A DNA stretch of 64,000 bases from a virus (lineage: Duplodnaviria; Caudoviricetes): positions 100,347 to 164,346 of the IMG/VR virus record IMGVR_UViG_3300031993_006627, one strand, 5' to 3'. Below the pieces are notes generated by a model that saw only the letters and a program-made list of their open reading frames with translations, did no database searches and was not told the origin of the DNA. A program made the translations under genes and the position numbers. This document shows, one piece after another, positions 40,429-45,528 of this stretch. How positions within the stretch are numbered: position 1 is the stretch's first letter; every line of letters begins with the position of its first letter.

Positions 40429-40474
40429 GACGTTCTCGCTTTATTGTAAAGCATCAACATGAAAGGCTTAAACG

Positions 40475-41410
40475 ATGGATAACCTCGACAAATCCTGCTT
40501 TGCTTATCAGGACGGTAAGCGCTACCCGATTCACACAAAAGAAGACACGTTAAACTCCTTCCGCCAGTACTGCGGGGAGAAGAGCCGCTTCACCGAGGGC
40601 ATCAACAACGCCATCAAGAAGCAGTTCGAGAAGGCTGCCAGATACCACGAGATCAAGCTCTCGGAGCCGGAACAGAAGAAAGAAGCCTCCACGAAGCACA
40701 TCGCGACGTTCCAGGCGGGCGCCAACGGCACCATCAGCATGCCCATGATCGAAACCGGCGAGGAACTGGACAAGGCTGTGTCCTTCGTGCTTGAAAAACG
40801 CGCCTCCATGAGCCGTGAAGAGCTCAAAGACACGGCAAAATACGTCATGTGGGAGGCTGCGAACAGCGATCTGGACACTGACAGCCCGGAGATCCGCAAG
40901 GTTGCCATGATCGCCGGCGTCGGCGTCTGCGACAGAGACGATGTTATGCAGCAACTGGGCATCCGCGCCAAGATGGCGAGCTTTTCTCCTACCTGTGGGC
41001 AGACTTTCTGGCAGTTCTATAACGACCAGAAGGGCCTTTCGGACGAAGAATTCCTCGAAGAAAGTCATATGGACAAGCTCTGTGCCTTTATGGACGACAT
41101 TGACCGCACTTTCGAGCTGAATCACCGGTACGGACAAGCCTACGATGGCACCCAACTGAAGACTCCTGAGGAAGCATGCTTCGGTCAGACACTCGATGAT
41201 CTGCTCAAAGAGGCGTCCGACATGGTGGAAATCACTTCTATCGACACGGTTTTGAGCAAAAAGGCGCTTCTGGAGCGCAAAAATGCCGTGAACGCCTTCT
41301 TCCAGACCCATTTTGGCGTTGAAGAGCCCCTTTCCGACCAGGAAATGATCGAAAAAGTGGCTGCTCTCGATGAATCTGTGGCAAAAGCCTTCCTGGAATC
41401 GGTTGAATGA
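40475..41410 (+). CDS. Hypothetical protein, possible protease-processed head protein
   Basis: Strong codon bias; seven K-x-A motifs. Confidence 0.55.
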   Translation: MDNLDKSCFAYQDGKRYPIHTKEDTLNSFRQYCGEKSRFTEGINNAIKKQFEKAARYHEIKLSEPEQKKEASTKHIATFQAGANGTISMPMIETGEELDKAVSFVLEKRASMSREELKDTAKYVMWEAANSDLDTDSPEIRKVAMIAGVGVCDRDDVMQQLGIRAKMASFSPTCGQTFWQFYNDQKGLSDEEFLEESHMDKLCAFMDDIDRTFELNHRYGQAYDGTQLKTPEEACFGQTLDDLLKEASDMVEITSIDTVLSKKALLERKNAVNAFFQTHFGVEEPLSDQEMIEKVAALDESVAKAFLESVE

Positions 41411-42024
41411 GCTTCCCGCTGACACCACACTGCTTTGTTTCGTCCGTGACGCTGCCCACGCTGCGTCAACTGGGCATGGAATCCCTTGATTGGGACCCGG
41501 AAGTGCTTCGGGACGGCTTTGAGGCAGCTTTTGGTGTAAAGAAAATGCCCCAAAAGCTGTTCGACAAGCTGAATTGCGGGTATATGCTCATCGGAACGGA
41601 CATGTTTTACAATTCCATCGAGGGTTTTCTGTCCGCAACGGCCATTATGAATGACCGGGTGTTCGATCAGGAGACCGTGCCCTTCTGCAGCCTTGCGGAA
41701 TGCGCCTGGAGCGTCTGGGAAGTGGGTCAGCTGCTCGGAGAGACCAAAGAAGGGGAATCTACCCTGGAATTCTGCCCGGATATCGTGAAATACATCCAGG
41801 AGGCCGGAAAACTCAACGGTGTAACGGAATTCCCCATCTGGCTGGACTTCGCGAACGACAATCCGCAGGAATATCCGGACATGGCAGGAGACGTTTCCCA
41901 GTTCGAGATGTACATGCAGCGCCAGCAGGAATACATCCAGAGACTCAATAAAGCGGTCACAGCCAAGCAGGAGCGCCTTACCGCAGAGCTCAAAGAGCTC
42001 GAAAAACTGGGCCTTGTGGGCTAA
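41407..42024 (+). CDS. Hypothetical protein
   Basis: ATGA coupling. Confidence 0.6.
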   Translation: MSFPLTPHCFVSSVTLPTLRQLGMESLDWDPEVLRDGFEAAFGVKKMPQKLFDKLNCGYMLIGTDMFYNSIEGFLSATAIMNDRVFDQETVPFCSLAECAWSVWEVGQLLGETKEGESTLEFCPDIVKYIQEAGKLNGVTEFPIWLDFANDNPQEYPDMAGDVSQFEMYMQRQQEYIQRLNKAVTAKQERLTAELKELEKLGLVG

Positions 42025-42193
42025 ATAGGGGTGTTTTTCGGGGCATAATAAGATGGTCTGAAATATGACCGTCGTGGTGAGCAGTTCACCACAGCCTTCG
42101 TCCCGGCTTAAAAGGGACGGACGCTTTGTTTTTACTCCGTGGTATAGTAGGCTATCAAGACTATGTCTTGGTGGTCATTGAAAACGAAAACAT

Positions 42194-42378
42194 GTCGGGT
42201 TAGTTTAATGCGGTCCCCACGTATCCGGGGATCCGGAAGCGGAAAGATGGAGCAGCCTTTTCCTGGCCAGGCCACTGGCTCGGTTGGGGCCCAGCTGAGC
42301 CCTGTGGAAGTCTGTTCCCCGCGATAGAACGCCGCACGATTGCGGAGAATGTCAGTTCGAATCTGGCACCCGGCACCA
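42194..42378 (+). ncRNA. tRNA-like RNA with a ~110-nt structured insertion in the D-loop
   Basis: Acceptor GTCGGGT/ACCCGGC-A-CCA; D stem GTTT/GAAC; T arm GTCAG-TTCGAAT-CTGGC; anticodon arm CCGCA-CGAT-TGCGG. Confidence 0.75.
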
Positions 42379-42385
42379 TTGATAC

Positions 42386-42515
42386 GCCTCATGCACCCAC
42401 CTGATCAGAAAGGTGCGCCGTATGCTGATAGAGAAAGCTGCGCTCTGTACCGGTTAAAGAGCGTGAGAAGCACTGGAGTACGGATACGTAGGTAATAGCC
42501 TATGGTGGGGCACCA
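42386..42515 (+). ncRNA. 130-nt CCA-ended three-arm RNA
   Basis: GCCTCAT/GTGGGGC-A-CCA enclosing three hairpins. Confidence 0.6.
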
Positions 42516-42519
42516 TTCT

Positions 42520-42604
42520 GCTCACCAGTCGTTCAAACGGATAGGATACACCAGTTGACTGCTCCTTCTGGGTGAGATGCCGGTTCGAGCCCGGTGAGGT
42601 GAGC
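42520..42604 (+). ncRNA. Degenerate tRNA-like element (no defined anticodon)
   Basis: GCTCACC/GGTGAGC; D arm; T arm GCCGG-TTCGAGC-CCGGT; enlarged anticodon loop. Confidence 0.55.
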
Positions 42605-42618
42605 CTTTCGATTGTTAT

Positions 42619-42694
42619 CGCGGAGTACAGTCACGGTAGACTGACCGGTCCCATACACCGGAAGTGTGAGGTTCAATTCCTCCCTCCGCCACCA
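42619..42694 (+). tRNA. tRNA-Met(CAT), initiator-like
   Basis: Cloverleaf; C1:C72 mismatch; A11:U24; loop CC-CAT-AC; encoded CCA. Confidence 0.85.
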
Positions 42695-42701
42695 ATTTCA
42701 T

Positions 42702-42885
42702 GCCCTATGGACCTAAGCTGATGATCGACACAACGGTTGTAACGCATCAGTATGGCGGGTCCCAACACGAGGTAGGCTGTGAGCGCCGTAGGAATCACCG
42801 GTCCCTTCGCTACGGATATACCAGTACTGAAGTGTTGCACACGTTACAGACGGAGTCATGACCGTCCAGTGTGGTTAGGGCGCCA
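42702..42885 (+). ncRNA. 184-nt CCA-ended giant cloverleaf RNA
   Basis: GCCCTA/TAGGGC-G-CCA enclosing arms GGACC/GGTCC, CAACAC/GTGTTG and CACAC/GTGTG. Confidence 0.65.
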
Positions 42886-42892
42886 TTGTTGC

Positions 42893-42965
42893 CGGAGTGT
42901 AGCGCAGTTGGTAGCGCGACTGGTCTGGGGCCAGTAAGTCCGGGGTTCGAGCCCCCGCACTCCGA
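42893..42965 (+). tRNA. tRNA-Pro(TGG)
   Basis: CGGAGTG/CACTCCG-A; anticodon arm ACTGG-TCTGGGG-CCAGT; no encoded CCA. Confidence 0.88.
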
Positions 42966-42972
42966 TATTTTC

Positions 42973-43050
42973 GGTCCCGTGGTGTAGCGGATTTCTGCAC
43001 AACTCGCTTTGGACGAGTGGGTACACGGTCAGCACGTGTCGGGATCACCA
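42973..43050 (+). tRNA. tRNA-Gln(TTG)
   Basis: GGTCCCG/CGGGATC-ACCA; ACTCG-CTTTGGA-CGAGT; atypical T loop GTCAGCA. Confidence 0.8.
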
Positions 43051-43213
43051 TTTGCTTTTCACACCAGTAGAGCAGACGACCGGTTGCCCAAGGGTCGGCA
43101 AAGCTGCCGTTAAATTCCGCTGGTGTTTTCTTTTGTTTCGTTAATGGTGGTATTAGTCTGATATATACCTTACTGAACAAGATAATGTAGATTTATACTT
43201 TGACTTTTGATAT

Positions 43214-43288
43214 GCGCGGTTCGTCTACCGGTTAGGGCCTGTGTCCTATACACACATGAAGGTGGTTCAATTCCATCACCGCGCACCA
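43214..43288 (+). tRNA. tRNA with TAT anticodon (Ile-AUA reader)
   Basis: GCGCGGT/ACCGCGC-ACCA; TGTGT-CCTATAC-ACACA. Confidence 0.82.
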
Positions 43289-43294
43289 TTTTCC

Positions 43295-43383
43295 GGGAAG
43301 GAAGCCTGTGTAGACCCAGGCACATGCTAGGCCAGTATGGTAGTCGCGAGACTTGCGGGTGCCGAATCCCGTCCTTTCCACCA
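43295..43383 (+). tRNA. Class II (long variable arm) tRNA-like RNA, identity unclear
   Basis: GGGAAGG/CCTTTCC-ACCA; D stem GCCTG/CAGGC; CATGC-TAGGCCA-GTATG; V arm AGTC-GCGA-GACT; 8-nt T loop. Confidence 0.65.
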
Positions 43384-43414
43384 TTTAGCACAGGAGATAA
43401 CAAGGGATGAAGCC

Positions 43415-44014
43415 ATGAATTTTACGTTTATTACACGCTGCTATACAACGGAACGCTTGGATCGTATCAAACAAAACGTTGCGGATACGTTCCGTGATAC
43501 AGAGCACACTTACAGACACTGCATCATTGCTGACCTGACACACGGTACACCTCTTGATTCTTTCATACGGTTTAATGACTACCGCACATTCGTCACTTAT
43601 GTGAAAGAGAAAGACCGTAGTGATCCTCAGTGCTCTGTTGGTATGGACAAAACACTCGCCCCTTTAGTTCCAGTGGGGGATATGGATTATGTGTTTGTTC
43701 TGGACGACGATAACCTGCTTCATCCTGATTTTCTTAGTGTATGTGACGCCTGTCATGGAGAAGATGCGATTATATTCAAAATAGAAGGGAGACCCGAATT
43801 GGGAAACCCAAGTATTCTGAATATGTATGCTGTTGGTCATATAGACTGGGCCAACTATATAACGAAACTGGAAATTATGCAACGTATAAAAATATATCAT
43901 TTGGACGGACCTTTACGGTGCTCAGATGGTGTGTTTTTTGAACATATGAAAAACGAACACTGTACATTTAAGTTCATAGATAGCGTGAATGCCTGGTACA
44001 ACAGGCTGCGCTAA
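43415..44014 (+). CDS. GT-A fold glycosyltransferase
   Basis: FTFITRCY N-terminal strand; YVFVLDDDNLLHPDF DxD motif; C-terminal WYN; AT-rich. Confidence 0.75.
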   Translation: MNFTFITRCYTTERLDRIKQNVADTFRDTEHTYRHCIIADLTHGTPLDSFIRFNDYRTFVTYVKEKDRSDPQCSVGMDKTLAPLVPVGDMDYVFVLDDDNLLHPDFLSVCDACHGEDAIIFKIEGRPELGNPSILNMYAVGHIDWANYITKLEIMQRIKIYHLDGPLRCSDGVFFEHMKNEHCTFKFIDSVNAWYNRLR

Positions 44015-44291
44015 AGTAATACACAGCTTGGCACGCTTCAGATCAATTTCGTGGCGTCACGAAATTGAAGACAGCGCAACCTGCCTGGCCTTAGAGTCTG
44101 TGGCGAAAATCTCCCCCGATATAAACCGCAGGCGGAGGACGGCGGTCCGATCATCCGCCGCCAAAGGAAGAGGCGATCCGGTGCTTCCTGGTTGCTCGAC
44201 TGATCTTCCGGTACGTCTGATTGTCTACGACGGTGCTCCCCCGCTGCCTTTGGCTTCGGGTACGCCCCAGACGCCTGGGGCGGTTTGACAT

Positions 44292-44366
44292 GCCAGCTTG
44301 GCTGAACATCGAAGCACCGACCTTGTAAGTCGGACCAACCGGGGGAGGCACCCGGAGCTGGCTCCA
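44292..44366 (+). tRNA. tRNA-Thr(TGT)
   Basis: GCCAGCT/AGCTGGC-T-CCA; CCGAC-CTTGTAA-GTCGG; atypical T loop GGAGGCA. Confidence 0.82.
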
Positions 44367-44376
44367 TCCGCTTTTT

Positions 44377-44434
44377 GGCGGCCACCACTCCTGTGAAACG
44401 AGGCTCAGGAACTCCTGTAGGTGGCCGCCTTTTT
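44377..44434 (+). terminator. Terminator-like hairpin
   Basis: GGCGGCCACC...GGTGGCCGCC followed by TTTTT. Confidence 0.55.
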
Positions 44435-44458
44435 CATCTCAACAAGAAAGGAGCAGAA

Positions 44459-44608
44459 ATGACAAACAAAACAAAAGACCTGCCGTGCGAGGGGTGTCCT
44501 TCTATTCGACTTTCCTACAAAACTCATCGGCCATATTGCATTAAGCGCGGTATCTACATTGACGAAAAGACCGTACCGTGTGGTAAAGGCCGTAAGGAGC
44601 AGAAATGA
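44459..44608 (+). CDS. Small Cys-rich protein
   Basis: AAGGAG RBS; CxxC...C...C. Confidence 0.5.
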   Translation: MTNKTKDLPCEGCPSIRLSYKTHRPYCIKRGIYIDEKTVPCGKGRKEQK

Positions 44609-45042
44609 CAGAACCCCTGAGCAACCCTATGAACATGCTCTGGGCGTGCGCCGGCCTGCACCTGCTGGCCGACTATGCTCTCCAGGGCTGTCTGTCTGAT
44701 CTCAAGCAGAAGCGCTGGTGGAATGGCCAGATGAAGCGGCTGTATGAGTCCTTCGACAAGAAGTACCAGACATACGAGCTGAAGTGGAAAATCCAGCAGA
44801 AGTACAAGTACGATTACATGGCCGGGCTTTTCTGTCATGCACTAATGTGGACGCTTGTCACGTTCTTCCCGCTGATGTGGTTTTGTAGTACATGGATATT
44901 TACAGGTGTCGTGCTTGCGAATACCCTGGTGCACTTCGTTGTGGACCACATGAAGGCAAACGTGCACCGGCTCAACCTGGTTCAGGATCAGCTGATCCAT
45001 TTGGCACAGGTGATAGCAACGGTGCTTATCGTAATGCTGTAA
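44605..45042 (+). CDS. DUF3307-like membrane protein
   Basis: HLLADYALQ...LFCH...HFVVD...DQLIH pattern. Confidence 0.75.
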   Translation: MTEPLSNPMNMLWACAGLHLLADYALQGCLSDLKQKRWWNGQMKRLYESFDKKYQTYELKWKIQQKYKYDYMAGLFCHALMWTLVTFFPLMWFCSTWIFTGVVLANTLVHFVVDHMKANVHRLNLVQDQLIHLAQVIATVLIVML

Positions 45043-45051
45043 CCATAATTT

Positions 45052-45143
45052 GGGGTGTTGGCTCGAATCGGTCAAGGCTTCCGGCCTGAACCCGGACGGC
45101 GACCAAAAGTCCCACGGGGGTTCAACTCCCTCACACCCCGCCA
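45052..45143 (+). tRNA. tRNA-Ser(TGA)
   Basis: GGGGTGT/ACACCCC-G-CCA; TCCGG-CCTGAAC-CCGGA; long V arm. Confidence 0.88.
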
Positions 45144-45294
45144 GCTTTGCTCCCAGTGCTCCAGCCATGAGTACCGGCAAAGATAAATACGGCCACCTGT
45201 TCCAATGGCTGCCAGCTTCGTGCAACCGGGCTCACCTTACTCGGTGCAGACCATGCAGACCGTGTTGCGGCAGGGTCGTTCCATTCCCTGCTGT

Positions 45295-45332
45295 CACCCC
45301 GATGTACCGTCTCAGTATGTCGGGGTGTTTTT
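45295..45332 (+). terminator. Rho-independent terminator
   Basis: CACCCCGATGTAC-loop-GTATGTCGGGGTG followed by TTTTT. Confidence 0.7.
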
Positions 45333-45391
45333 CACGCATAGAGTATAAAGGGACAGACGGGGTATTGCGGAATACTCCGGTTGACTTTCAT

Positions 45392-45419
45392 TTGAGATGT
45401 GTGCTGCCATTGTTATAAA
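45392..45419 (+). promoter_or_regulatory. Candidate promoter upstream of the RNA array
   Basis: TTGAGA-16 nt-TATAAA with an extended -10 TG. Confidence 0.3.
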
Positions 45420-45491
45420 TCTCGACCGCTGTTCGCAGCTTGACACGATCCTGGTGTGACGTCGCGATGCAATAAGCACAACCCATGTGGT

Positions 45492-45528
45492 CCCGCTGCA
45501 GTGACGGCATGCTGCGGCGGGGCTTTTT
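45492..45528 (+). terminator. Terminator-like hairpin abutting array unit 1
   Basis: CCCGCTGCAG...CTGCGGCGGG followed by GCTTTTT. Confidence 0.5.

Noticed and set aside
42194-45300. tmRNA or tRNA-linked theta (HDV-like) ribozymes
   Set aside because: None of the large RNAs has a G3:U70 alanine acceptor or a tag ORF. I could not build an HDV-type double pseudoknot downstream of any tRNA by eye.
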